Position numbers and translations under genes: made by a program. Shown piece by piece: positions 20,581 to 30,638 of a DNA stretch of 64,000 bases (its first letter is position 1; each line of letters begins with the position of its first letter). The notes below the pieces were generated by a model. That model saw only the letters and a list, made by a program, of their open reading frames with translations, was not told the DNA's origin and searched no databases. This DNA is from Coprothermobacterota bacterium (lineage in GTDB: Bacteria; Coprothermobacterota; HKB111), in NCBI GenBank assembly GCA_037440465.1, contig JBBIUB010000001.1, forward strand, positions 128,001 through 192,000. The letters are read 5' to 3'.

Positions 20581-20614
20581 GTGAAAGGTGAATCAGGTAT
20601 AAAAAGGAGTGCTT

Positions 20615-21613
20615 ATGGAAAACAAAAGGACGTCGAGAATTATAGGAACAGGTCTACATGTACCAGAAAAGGTTTTAACAAACCAATATTTTAATGATTT
20701 CTTTAAGGAAGATGTTGGTTCATGGCTTGAAGGTGTTGTAGGTCAAAAGGAAAGGCATGTCCTTGGAGATAATGAATCGGTGGTAGATATTGCTGTTCCT
20801 GCAGCTATTATGGCTATTGAAGAAGGTAAAATCAAGCCCGAAGACATAGACATTATCATTGTTTCTTCTGATACTCATGAATACATTTCACCACCAACAT
20901 CCTTTGTTGTACAAAATAAATTGGGTGCTAAAAATGCAGCAGTATTTGATTTAAACGCCTCATGCGCCTCATTTGTAACAGCTCTTGTAACAGCAGATAA
21001 ATGGCTTAAAGATGAGGAAAGTTTTAAATATGTATTAGTTATTGGTGAATATGGAATGACAAAATATCTAAACTGGAATGATAAATACACTGCTACCCTC
21101 TTTGCTGATGGTGCAGGAGCTTTTCTTCTTAAAGCAGAAAATGATGAAGAAGAAGGAGTAATAGACTCCGTATTTATAGCTGATGGAAGTTATTATGATT
21201 ATATTGGGGTCTTCGGTGGAGGAACAAGGTTCCCCTTAAGAGAAGAAACTATTCAACAGGGTTTACATCAATTGAGAATAATGAAAAGGTATCCACCCGA
21301 CATTAACTCCAGGAACTGGCCAATTCTTATAGAAAATCTCCTCCAAAAAGTTGGAAAAGAAGTTACAGACATAGACATGATTTTCTTTACTCAAATTAAT
21401 CTTGGTACAATTAAAGAGGTAATGACTAATCTAAATATTCCAATAGAGAAAACCCACTGGATAATGGATAAATACGGCTACACCGGTTCTGCTTGTATAC
21501 CTATGGCTGTTCATGATGCCCGATTAAATAATAAATTAAAAAAAGGAGATTTCGTGGTAATGATAGCCTCTGGAGCAGGCTTTGCTATGGGAGCTATAGC
21601 ACTAAAATGGTAA
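20615..21613 (+). CDS. KAS III (FabH)-fold enzyme, atypical active site
   Basis: DLNASCASF (Cys), LFADGAGA, FTQIN in place of PHQAN, GYTGSA in place of GNTSAA. Confidence 0.85.
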   Translation: MENKRTSRIIGTGLHVPEKVLTNQYFNDFFKEDVGSWLEGVVGQKERHVLGDNESVVDIAVPAAIMAIEEGKIKPEDIDIIIVSSDTHEYISPPTSFVVQNKLGAKNAAVFDLNASCASFVTALVTADKWLKDEESFKYVLVIGEYGMTKYLNWNDKYTATLFADGAGAFLLKAENDEEEGVIDSVFIADGSYYDYIGVFGGGTRFPLREETIQQGLHQLRIMKRYPPDINSRNWPILIENLLQKVGKEVTDIDMIFFTQINLGTIKEVMTNLNIPIEKTHWIMDKYGYTGSACIPMAVHDARLNNKLKKGDFVVMIASGAGFAMGAIALKW

Positions 21614-21658
21614 TTTATATTAATCAAAACCAGTTTAGTAGAGGAGATTTTAAATAAT

Positions 21659-22642
21659 ATGCGGTCGGTAAAAATAAGTTCTACTGGAATATATTCACCT
21701 TCCAGAACTATGTTCACTGAAGAAATAAATGAATTAGTTGGTGAGGATATAACTTACTGGGCGGTAGAGAAGATGGGCTTAAAAGTAAAAAAAATCTCAG
21801 AACCCGATGAAGCAGCCTCAGATTTAGCAGTAAAAGCAAGTATTGAAGCTATTAATAAAGCAGGAATAAAACCAGAAGACCTTGATCTTCTGATAGTAGC
21901 AACAGATACCCCTGACTATTTTTCCCCTGCTACATCTTCAATTGTTCAATGTAAATTAGGTGCTAAAAATGCAGGTACTTTTGATGTCAATTGTGCTTGC
22001 GCTGGCTTGGTTACGGCATTGGATATAGCTACTAAATATATCCTTACGGATAGTTCTTTTAAAAAGGTTCTTATAGTTGGTACTTACGCTATGACTAAGT
22101 TTCTCAATTGGAAAGATAAAGTAACAGCTCCTATTTTTTCAGACGGCGCAGGAGCAATTATACTGGAAGAAACAGATAATGGTCCTGGATTCCTGACCTC
22201 TAAACTAATTGCAGATGGTTGTTTCTATGACTATTTAGGTGTTTACCTCGGCTCAGGAGCAGTACCCACACCTGAATACATAGAAAAAGGGTTACATTTC
22301 GTCAGATATAACAAAAGATATCCTGATGTAAATTCAGAAAATTGGCCAAGCTTGGTGCGAGATACGCTCAAAAAGGTAAATCTTACTTCTCAAGATATTG
22401 ACATGATAATCTTCACTCAAGTCCGTAAATTTACCATAGAAGAAGTAATGGAAAAACTCAATCTCCCTCTTTCTAAAACATACATGGTTATGCACAAATA
22501 TGGGTACACAGGCTCCGCCTGTATCCCTATGGCTTTGAATGATGCCCTTGAAGAAAGGAAAATAAAAAAGGGAGACCTTGTAGTTTTTTGCTCATCAGGA
22601 GGTGGGTATGCGATGGCAGCATACGCCATGAGATGGGTTTAA
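21659..22642 (+). CDS. Second KAS III (FabH)-fold enzyme, atypical active site
   Basis: DVNCACAG, FSDGAGA, FTQVR, GYTGSA. Confidence 0.85.
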   Translation: MRSVKISSTGIYSPSRTMFTEEINELVGEDITYWAVEKMGLKVKKISEPDEAASDLAVKASIEAINKAGIKPEDLDLLIVATDTPDYFSPATSSIVQCKLGAKNAGTFDVNCACAGLVTALDIATKYILTDSSFKKVLIVGTYAMTKFLNWKDKVTAPIFSDGAGAIILEETDNGPGFLTSKLIADGCFYDYLGVYLGSGAVPTPEYIEKGLHFVRYNKRYPDVNSENWPSLVRDTLKKVNLTSQDIDMIIFTQVRKFTIEEVMEKLNLPLSKTYMVMHKYGYTGSACIPMALNDALEERKIKKGDLVVFCSSGGGYAMAAYAMRWV

Positions 22643-22662
22643 AAATAAAAGGAGGTACGACC

Positions 22663-23430
22663 ATGCCATATTTACCATTTAAGAACGGAAATTTATACTA
22701 TGAAGAATCAGGAGAAGGCGATAGGAAACTCCTCTTTGTGCATGGAAACATCGCTTCTCTTAATTACTGGAGAAAATTAAGACCTTATTTACCAACTAAG
22801 ATAAAGTGTTTTTTCCTCGACCTTCCCGGATATGGTAAATCTGATAATATTTCGCCATATAACCTTGAATCCTTTGCTGATTCAATTATCTATTTTGCTG
22901 AAAAATTAGAGCTCAAAACCTTTACCTATGTTGGACATTCCACCGGGGGGCTTATAGGTATAATATCTACCTTAAAAGGTGCTCCAATAGCAAAACTTAT
23001 CCTTATATCTACCGTTCCTGCAAGTGGATATCCTCTTACAGAAGATTCCAGAGCTGCTTTTACCTTTCTTATGACTAATAGGGACTTCCTCGAGCAGACC
23101 TTAAGGAACCATGTATTTCCTAGCATCTCAGATGAAAACTTAGCACTTGAACTTATTCAAGATGCAGTAAGAGCCATTCCCCAGGGTTACACCGATGTTC
23201 CAGAAAGCCTGGGTGAAACAAATGTCCTTAAGGAGGCTAAAGAACTAAAGATTCCCATCCTTTTTATCCATGGGACAGAAGATAAAGTCATTCCACTTGA
23301 TTGGGCAAGAGAAACTTTTGACACAATAAATGGGAAGGTAATTATTCTGAAAGGTGCCGGTCACACACCTCAGATTTCTTTCCCACAGGAAGTAGCAACA
23401 CATATAGTGAACTTTGTAAAGGAGAATTAA
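22663..23430 (+). CDS. Alpha/beta hydrolase (esterase/lactonase/depolymerase-like)
   Basis: GGAGG SD + ATG 22663; FVHGN, DLPGYG, GHSTG nucleophile elbow, GTEDKV, GAGH. Confidence 0.88.
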   Translation: MPYLPFKNGNLYYEESGEGDRKLLFVHGNIASLNYWRKLRPYLPTKIKCFFLDLPGYGKSDNISPYNLESFADSIIYFAEKLELKTFTYVGHSTGGLIGIISTLKGAPIAKLILISTVPASGYPLTEDSRAAFTFLMTNRDFLEQTLRNHVFPSISDENLALELIQDAVRAIPQGYTDVPESLGETNVLKEAKELKIPILFIHGTEDKVIPLDWARETFDTINGKVIILKGAGHTPQISFPQEVATHIVNFVKEN

Positions 23431-23432
23431 AT

Positions 23433-24176
23433 ATGGGAAAGTTTGAAAACAAAATAAGTATTGTTACAGGTGGTGGAAGAGGAATTGGTAAAGAGATATG
23501 CCTATCTTTTGCTACAGAAGGAGCTAAGATAGTCATCTGGGATATAGACCAAGAAAGAGCACAGGAGGTTAAAGGTCGGTGTGAAGCACTGGGCATAGAA
23601 GTCCTGGTTCAACGGGTTGATGTAACCAATAGAAACCAGATTAAAAATGCAGTTGATGAAGTTATTGGCAAGTGGGGTAGAATAGATATTCTTGTTAATA
23701 ATGCAGGCATAACCCGAGATGCTTATCTTTCAAAAATGTCAGAAGAAGATTTCGATATGGTTATAAACATTAATCTTAAGGGCGTATTTAACTGTACTCA
23801 ATTAGTTGTTCCTCATATGATGACCCAAAACTACGGAAATATAATATGTATCTCCTCTATAGTAGGTAGAGATGGAAATATCGGGCAAACCAACTATGCT
23901 GCTTCCAAAGCTGGAGTAATAGGTATGGTCAAGACCTGGGGTAAAGAACTCGCCAGGTTTAACATTAGAGCCAATGCTATTGCTCCTGGCTTTATCGCTA
24001 CAGAAATGACCCAAAAAGTTCCAGAGAAGGTCATTGAGATGGTAAAGGAAAAAACACCCTTGAAACGCCTGGGAACACCGCAAGAAATAGGAAGACTGGC
24101 TGTTTTCCTCGCCTCTGAAGAATCCTCCTTCATCACCGGCCAGGTCATAAGTGTTGATGGAGGTCTTGTCCTCTAA
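23433..24176 (+). CDS. fabG: 3-oxoacyl reductase, SDR family (FabG/PhaB-like)
   Basis: TGGGRGIG, NNAGITRD, YAASK, PGFI. Confidence 0.85.
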   Translation: MGKFENKISIVTGGGRGIGKEICLSFATEGAKIVIWDIDQERAQEVKGRCEALGIEVLVQRVDVTNRNQIKNAVDEVIGKWGRIDILVNNAGITRDAYLSKMSEEDFDMVININLKGVFNCTQLVVPHMMTQNYGNIICISSIVGRDGNIGQTNYAASKAGVIGMVKTWGKELARFNIRANAIAPGFIATEMTQKVPEKVIEMVKEKTPLKRLGTPQEIGRLAVFLASEESSFITGQVISVDGGLVL

Positions 24177-24190
24177 TTAAGGGTGATGAG

Positions 24191-25414
24191 TTGAGTAAAA
24201 GAGAACCAAGAACTTCCAAGGGAATTAGAGCAAAAGATCTGCTCATTGAAAAAGCTGAAGAATTATTTTACCAGAAAGGCTATTTTCAGACTTCTATCCC
24301 AGCCATAGTTAAAGAAGCTCGTCTAAGTGTACCTTCTTTTTATCAATATTTTAAAAATAAGGAAGATGTTCTACTGGAGATTGTCTCAGTCCTATCTAAA
24401 GAGTTCCTGGGTGAATTACGGAAATCCCTGGAAAATACTGATAATACAGAAATTGCCATTCATAATTTCTATAAAACATTTCTTACCTTCCTTTATAACA
24501 ACAAGAAGAAGTATAAAATCTTCAGAGAAACAGAGTTTGCAGGCTACTCTTTCGTGAAGGATTTCTATATCCACCTAACAGACTTAGTAAAGGAATTTCT
24601 TTATAAAGATATTCCTTCAGACAAATTAAAAGATGACTTATCATATACCCTGATTGGTTCTGCATATTTCGTTGCTTTAAAAAAGATTGACTGGGAGAGC
24701 TCCTCAAACATAGATTTTCTTGCTGATAATCTTATTCAATTCTTTCTAAAAGGCATTGATAAAAAAAGAAACTATGTTTTTTCACCTGCCTGGAAGGAAA
24801 GAATAGAAATAACCTCTCAAGAACAAGTACTAACAAGGGGAGAGCGTACTCAGAAAGATATCCTAAAAGCTGCAGAAAAGCTTTTTGGAAATAAAGGTTT
24901 CTGGGAAACTCATATCTCTGATATAACTAACGATATTGATATTGGTCAAGGTACTTTCTACCTATATTTTGACTCTAAGATTGAACTCTTGAGCAAATTA
25001 GTAAAAGAAATTAATAGAGGGTTAAGATATACGGTTTACCAGTATATAAAAGAAGCCAGTGATAGGCGAGAGATAGAAGTTAAAGGTTTAGTAGCTTTCT
25101 CAGATTACATAATAGAACACAAAAACGCTTACCGTGTGGTACGAGAAGCTGAATTCGTTGATAGGGAAATAGGTAAATGGTATTACAACCGGGTTGTAGA
25201 GCCTTACGCTATCAAACTTAAAGAAGCCATTGAAAAAGGAGAAGTTTCCAGTATTGACCCTGAGATATTAGCACTGGCTATTATAGGAGTTGGTCATTTT
25301 CTGGGATTACGTTGGGTAGTCTGGAACAACGATAATAATAAAGGAATACCCTCTGAATCTCTTTACAATACTCTAAAGATTATTTTATGGGGAGCAAAAA
25401 ATGAAAAGAATTGA
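24191..25414 (+). CDS. Tandem double-TetR transcriptional regulator
   Basis: Two HTH units (SVPSFYQYFKNK and GQGTFYLYFDSK), each followed by a ligand domain. Confidence 0.85.
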   Translation: MSKREPRTSKGIRAKDLLIEKAEELFYQKGYFQTSIPAIVKEARLSVPSFYQYFKNKEDVLLEIVSVLSKEFLGELRKSLENTDNTEIAIHNFYKTFLTFLYNNKKKYKIFRETEFAGYSFVKDFYIHLTDLVKEFLYKDIPSDKLKDDLSYTLIGSAYFVALKKIDWESSSNIDFLADNLIQFFLKGIDKKRNYVFSPAWKERIEITSQEQVLTRGERTQKDILKAAEKLFGNKGFWETHISDITNDIDIGQGTFYLYFDSKIELLSKLVKEINRGLRYTVYQYIKEASDRREIEVKGLVAFSDYIIEHKNAYRVVREAEFVDREIGKWYYNRVVEPYAIKLKEAIEKGEVSSIDPEILALAIIGVGHFLGLRWVVWNNDNNKGIPSESLYNTLKIILWGAKNEKN

Positions 25415-26684
25415 TATAGATGATCTTTTGAGGATTATCCCACCTAAAGCAAGTATCGTTGTAGGAATGGTTGCTGCTCAACCAAAAGAATTTCTTTTTA
25501 ACCTTCACAGGAAACAAGATGTAGAACTTATTACAGTGACTTTAGCTCTACCACTTGAGGCATATGAATTTTTTTCAAATCCTCTATATAAGGACAAATT
25601 TCTACTGGAAGCCTGGTATCATGGTCCTTTTGCCAGGAAGGCGTATGAGTTAGGAACTGTCACTTTTGTCCCCAATCAACTTAACAAAGCAGGTATTGAT
25701 AGACAAGAAGTAAATCCGCCAGATGTTATAGTTCTTACTTCGCCACCCATTGATCAATATGGATACTTTAACCTTTCTCTCTCTGTAACTTATGAAAAAT
25801 ACCTGGCTCTTCAAAAGAAAAAAGGAGCCATGGTTGTCATTGAAATCAATAAAAATCTTCCAAGAGTACTGGGAGATACATTTCTTCCCCATAGTTATGT
25901 TGATTACTATTATGAGACGGACATGCCCTTATTTTCACTTGAAGAACAGAAAACCCAGAGAGAGGAAGAAAAAATTGGCCATTTAATTTCAGAGTTAGTT
26001 GAAGATGGCTCAACTATTCAATTGGGAATAGGAGGCATTCCAAATACAGTTGCCTATCTTTTAGAAAAAAAAGAAGACCTCGGTGTTCATACCGAGATGA
26101 TAACAGAAAGTATGGCTTATCTTTACAGAAAGGGGGTGATTAACGGAAGAAAGAAGAGTTTTTATCCTGCTACTATGGTAGGAACTTTTATTTATGGTTC
26201 AGCAAAGCTCTACGAATTTGCTCATGAAAACCCTGCTGTCACACTTTTACCCGGACATATAACCAATGATCCATACGTTATAGGGCAACAACACAAGATG
26301 GTTTCAATAAATACAGCTCTTATGATAGATTTAAATGGTCAGGTATGCTCAGAAAGTATTGGTCTTGAGCAGATAACAGGTACAGGTGGTCAGGTAAATT
26401 TCCACACAGGTGCTCAGTTCTCTCGTGGAGGAAAAGGGATTTTAGCCATAAAATCAACAGCTCGAAATGGTGAATTGTCCTCTATAGTACCTGTACTACC
26501 TCTCGGTTCAACAGTGACCCTATCTCGTAACGATGTAGATTACATAGTAACTGAATATGGTGTTGGAAGGTTAAAAGGTAGAAGTGTAAAGGAAAGAGTA
26601 GAAATATTAATTTCTATCGCTCACCCGAAGTTCAAAGATTACCTTCGGGAAGAAGCAAAAAGACTAAAAATCTATAATTGGTAG
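25401..26684 (+). CDS. Acetyl-CoA hydrolase/4-hydroxybutyrate CoA-transferase family
   Basis: QLGIGGIP, LGVHTEM, GTGGQ, VTEYG. Confidence 0.9.
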   Translation: MKRIDIDDLLRIIPPKASIVVGMVAAQPKEFLFNLHRKQDVELITVTLALPLEAYEFFSNPLYKDKFLLEAWYHGPFARKAYELGTVTFVPNQLNKAGIDRQEVNPPDVIVLTSPPIDQYGYFNLSLSVTYEKYLALQKKKGAMVVIEINKNLPRVLGDTFLPHSYVDYYYETDMPLFSLEEQKTQREEEKIGHLISELVEDGSTIQLGIGGIPNTVAYLLEKKEDLGVHTEMITESMAYLYRKGVINGRKKSFYPATMVGTFIYGSAKLYEFAHENPAVTLLPGHITNDPYVIGQQHKMVSINTALMIDLNGQVCSESIGLEQITGTGGQVNFHTGAQFSRGGKGILAIKSTARNGELSSIVPVLPLGSTVTLSRNDVDYIVTEYGVGRLKGRSVKERVEILISIAHPKFKDYLREEAKRLKIYNW

Positions 26685-26693
26685 GAGGAGAAT

Positions 26694-28259
26694 GTGAAAA
26701 AAATTATCAGTATGTTATTAGTGTTAAGTATTTTTGCATGGGGCGCTCCTCAATCGATCGCTCAAACTGAAGGAGATGGTTTGCTTTTGGTTTTGCAGGT
26801 AGGATCAACATCTTACTTTAAAAACGGAACTAAACTTGAAATTGATGTAAAACCAGAAATTCTTAAAGGAAGAACCTTCGTACCTATTAGATTTGTGAGT
26901 GAAGCCATGGGAGCTAAGGTTACATGGGTTGAAGCTACTAAAACTGTTATAGTATCCACTGATAAAACCACTATTACCTTAAAAGTGGGCAGCATAGAAG
27001 CTCTAATAGATGGCAAGAAACATACTTTAGAAGCCGCTCCTTACATTAAAACCGGCAGAACTATGGCACCAGTAAGGTTAGTTAGCGAAGGATTAGGTCT
27101 TAATGTTTACTGGGAAGGTAAAGCCAAGCAGATTTTCCTTAGAGGAAAACCAATGGTAACAGTTCCTGGAATTTCTGACAATGAGATTAAAATTGGTTCA
27201 TTTATTGCCCTCACAGGAGTTCTGGCTTTTATAGGAGTACCTTACTATCAGGGGTTTCAATCATACCTCAATATGGTGAATGACGAGGGCGGAATCAATG
27301 GAAGAAAAATTAATCTTATTGTGGAAGATGACCGTTTTGACCCTGCAAGAACCGTAATTGGAGTTAGAAAACTTGTTGAAGAAGATAAAGTCTTCGCTAT
27401 TGTTGGTGGACTTGGAACTCCAGGTAGCCTTGCAGTTATGGATTATCTGAATAAAGGCAAGGTTCCTTTTGTATATCAAGCATCTGGTGTCTCTGTACTA
27501 TCTATTCCTGCTAAGCGTTATATATTCTCTGTTCAGCCAAATTACTATAATGAAGGTCAGATATTCGTAAGATACATTGTAGGAGAATTGAAACAAAAAA
27601 AGATTGCTGTACTTTACCAGAATGATGACGCTGGTAGAGAAGGCTTATTCGGAGTTAATACTGGAATAAGGAGATTTGGAGGAAACCTTGTTGCTGACCT
27701 CCCCTTCCCTGGTACAGAAACAGACTTTACTCCATATCTTTTAAGAGTTAAAGCCAGCGGCGCAGAATCCCTGATAGTCTATACTCTCAGTGCAGGCATT
27801 GGTGGTACGATCGTTAAAGCGGCAAAGGCTTTGGGGCTTACTCAAAAAATATTCCTGCCATATCCACATGCTGGAATTATCGCTGCGGCTGGTGATGCCT
27901 CAGAAGATGTGTATGTAACTGGTTGGGTTGATTTTTCAGATGCAAAAGATCCAGGTGTCATTAAATTTTGGGAAACTTGGCTTAAGTACTATCCTAAAGG
28001 TGACCCCCTACTTTTTGCTTATGCAGTAGCTGGTTTTGTTGCTGGTGAAGTATTTGTGGAATCACTAAAAAGACTTGGACCTTATCCAAGCCGTGAAGCA
28101 CTAATCTGGGCGCTTGAAGCCTTTAAGGGATGGGATGGTTATCTTGTTAAAGACCTTAGCTACGGACCTAAAGAAAGATCAGGTAAATACTCCATGTTCT
28201 TTATGCAGGTTCAGAAAAAGGAGCTTAAGAAAGTTAGCAGCTGGATTTCTGTTTTCTAA
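26694..28259 (+). CDS. Secreted stalk (Cu-amine oxidase N-terminal-like) domain fused to a LivK-type substrate-binding protein
   Basis: Signal peptide; GRTFVPIRFVSE and GRTMAPVRLVSE repeats; then PGISDNEIKIG, GGINGRKI. Confidence 0.85.
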   Translation: MKKIISMLLVLSIFAWGAPQSIAQTEGDGLLLVLQVGSTSYFKNGTKLEIDVKPEILKGRTFVPIRFVSEAMGAKVTWVEATKTVIVSTDKTTITLKVGSIEALIDGKKHTLEAAPYIKTGRTMAPVRLVSEGLGLNVYWEGKAKQIFLRGKPMVTVPGISDNEIKIGSFIALTGVLAFIGVPYYQGFQSYLNMVNDEGGINGRKINLIVEDDRFDPARTVIGVRKLVEEDKVFAIVGGLGTPGSLAVMDYLNKGKVPFVYQASGVSVLSIPAKRYIFSVQPNYYNEGQIFVRYIVGELKQKKIAVLYQNDDAGREGLFGVNTGIRRFGGNLVADLPFPGTETDFTPYLLRVKASGAESLIVYTLSAGIGGTIVKAAKALGLTQKIFLPYPHAGIIAAAGDASEDVYVTGWVDFSDAKDPGVIKFWETWLKYYPKGDPLLFAYAVAGFVAGEVFVESLKRLGPYPSREALIWALEAFKGWDGYLVKDLSYGPKERSGKYSMFFMQVQKKELKKVSSWISVF

Positions 28260-28275
28260 ATAAAGAACCTGTAAC

Positions 28276-28304
28276 GAGGTGGGGGTAAAACCAACCCCCA
28301 CCTC
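28276..28304 (+). terminator. Intra-operon hairpin after the binding-protein gene
   Basis: GAGGTGGGGGT-aaaacca-ACCCCCACCTC, 11-bp perfect stem with no long U tract. Confidence 0.65.
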
Positions 28305-28329
28305 AATTATCTAAGAAAGGGGAGAAGAG

Positions 28330-29070
28330 TTGTTAAAAGTAGAAAACCTTACAGTCAGGTTTGGTGGATTGGTAGCAATAAATAAACTTTCTTTTGAGGT
28401 AAAACAAGGCTCTATTCATGGATTGATAGGCCCCAATGGTGCTGGAAAAACAACCGTATTTAATAGTATATTTAAGATTGTTCCTTATGATGGAACAATT
28501 AATTTCAAAGGTAATGACATCAGAAAATATCCAACTCATACTCTACCAGCAATGGGGATTACCAGAACATTTCAGAACCTGAGTATTTTTTCTTCAATGA
28601 CTGTGAAAGAAAATATTTTAGTAGGATTACATGCCAAAACTAGTAGTCTTCTCCTTAAAGACCTAATCGGTCTATATGTAGATACAGAAAAAGAACTTCA
28701 GTACATAAGTAAATCTTTAGGTGTCACACTATTACTACCTACCTATGCAGCTTTCCTTCCCTTCGGGACACTCAAGATGGTGGAGTTGGCAAGAGCTCTG
28801 ATAAGCGGACCTGAGCTATTGTTGCTGGATGAACCTGGAGCAGGGTTAAACCTTACAGAAAAAGAGAAGCTTAAAGGCTTGATAAAAGAGGTCAAAAATA
28901 AGGGAATCACTGTTTTGATTGTAGAACATGATATGGGTATAATCATGGATGTTTCGGACCACATAACCGTTATGAATTTCGGAGAAAAGATAGCTGAAGG
29001 ATCTGCCGATGAAATATCTCACAATCAGAAAGTCATTGAAGCTTATTTGGGGGAGGAAATCTATGCTTAA
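28330..29070 (+). CDS. HAAT-family ABC ATPase (LivG-like)
   Basis: GPNGAGKT, RTFQN, LLDEPGAG, VIEAYLG. Confidence 0.9.
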   Translation: MLKVENLTVRFGGLVAINKLSFEVKQGSIHGLIGPNGAGKTTVFNSIFKIVPYDGTINFKGNDIRKYPTHTLPAMGITRTFQNLSIFSSMTVKENILVGLHAKTSSLLLKDLIGLYVDTEKELQYISKSLGVTLLLPTYAAFLPFGTLKMVELARALISGPELLLLDEPGAGLNLTEKEKLKGLIKEVKNKGITVLIVEHDMGIIMDVSDHITVMNFGEKIAEGSADEISHNQKVIEAYLGEEIYA

Positions 29071-29764
29071 AATTGAAAAATTATCATCAGGTTATGGACC
29101 TCTTGAAGCCATTCATGGAATTAGTTTAACCGTAGAAAAAGGAGAGATCGTCGCTGTTCTGGGCTCTAATGGAGCAGGTAAAACCACTCTCCTCAAGACC
29201 ATTTCAGGATTAATCAGACTGACAAAAGGCCACGTTTCCTTTGAAGGAACCATTTTGAACAATCTCGAACCCCCAAATATTGTTAAATTGGGTATTATAC
29301 ATATCCCTGAAGGTAGGCGCATTTTTCCTGGATTGACAGTCAGAGAAAACCTAACTCTTGCTGGGTATTACCTCAAAAAAAATGAGCTTGATAATAGAAT
29401 CAAATTTGCTTACTCAATTTTTCCTCTTTTAAAAGAAAGAGAAAAACAATCAGGAGGAACATTAAGTGGAGGAGAACAACAGATGCTTGCTCTGGCAAGG
29501 GGTTTGATACCAAATCCAAAATTACTTCTCATGGATGAACCATCTCTTGGTCTTGCTCCGAAACTTGTTTCTTTAATTTATCAAACGCTGGAGAAACTGA
29601 AAAAAAATGGAATCACTATTCTTCTTGTAGAACAGAATGCAAAAAAAGCCTTAGAGGTTTCAGATAGAGCTTATGTTCTTACTACTGGTTACCTTACCCT
29701 GGAAGGCACATCCAGAGGGCTTATGTCCAATGAAAATGTCAAGAAACTTTATTTAGGGAGGTAG
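29063..29764 (+). CDS. HAAT-family ABC ATPase (LivF-like)
   Basis: GGAGG SD + ATG 29063; GSNGAGKT, LSGGEQQML, DEPSLGLAP. Confidence 0.9.
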   Translation: MLKIEKLSSGYGPLEAIHGISLTVEKGEIVAVLGSNGAGKTTLLKTISGLIRLTKGHVSFEGTILNNLEPPNIVKLGIIHIPEGRRIFPGLTVRENLTLAGYYLKKNELDNRIKFAYSIFPLLKEREKQSGGTLSGGEQQMLALARGLIPNPKLLLMDEPSLGLAPKLVSLIYQTLEKLKKNGITILLVEQNAKKALEVSDRAYVLTTGYLTLEGTSRGLMSNENVKKLYLGR

Positions 29765-29765
29765 A

Positions 29766-30638
29766 ATGTTTGATACACTATTAAACTTGACAGCAAGAGG
29801 ACTCTCTACAGGCGCAATATACAGCCTTATCGCCATGGGAATTGTGCTTATTTTCCAGACCACCAGTGTGATGAATTTTGCTCAAGGAAATGCAGGCATG
29901 TTTATCACTTACCTGGCTTTCTTCCTCTTAGCTTTAAAAGTCCCTTTTCCTTTAGTTATAATATTAGCTTTGTTATTTGGAGCTCTGTTCGGTGGATTAA
30001 CCGAAAGATTTTTGATGAGGAGAGTTAGAGAAAGGTCACATGTAGGACTTCTCATGATTACACTTGGTCTCGCGCTCATTTTCGAAGGTTTGGCTGCTTC
30101 TATCTTTGGAACATTTCCCCTCAACTTCCCTCCTATTTTAACCGGGCCTCCCGTGCATGTAGGTCCAATAATCTTAAGCAAACAAGATATCATCGTTAAT
30201 TTATTATCATTGGCATTGTTTACATTGCTATTCCTGGTTCTTTATAAAACTAAAATTGGGATAGGAGCAAGGAGTATTGCTGAAGATGAATACGGTGCTA
30301 GAGTTTTGGGAATACCTGTTTTTAATATCTACATCTTTATCTGGGCATTGGGCTTTGCTTTACCAGGTTTAGCAGGTATTCTGGTAGTACCAAGATTCTC
30401 TCTCGAGCCTCACTTTATGGTGCCAATACAGATAAAAGCCTTTACAGCAGCGGTTTTTGGAGGGATGAACTCTGTTCAGGGAGCCATTGTTGGCGGTCTT
30501 CTTCTTGGTGTTTTAGAAAATATCGTTGCTTTCTATTACCCTATCCTTAAAGAAAGTTTTTCTTTGATTTTGGTAGTAATTGTGCTTTTAATTTTTCCCA
30601 CTGGACTATTTGGTAAAAGATCTCAGAGGAGGTTTTGA
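29766..30638 (+). CDS. HAAT-family ABC permease (LivH-like)
   Basis: GAIYSLIAMG, MNFAQG, KAFTAAVFGG. Confidence 0.9.
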   Translation: MFDTLLNLTARGLSTGAIYSLIAMGIVLIFQTTSVMNFAQGNAGMFITYLAFFLLALKVPFPLVIILALLFGALFGGLTERFLMRRVRERSHVGLLMITLGLALIFEGLAASIFGTFPLNFPPILTGPPVHVGPIILSKQDIIVNLLSLALFTLLFLVLYKTKIGIGARSIAEDEYGARVLGIPVFNIYIFIWALGFALPGLAGILVVPRFSLEPHFMVPIQIKAFTAAVFGGMNSVQGAIVGGLLLGVLENIVAFYYPILKESFSLILVVIVLLIFPTGLFGKRSQRRF

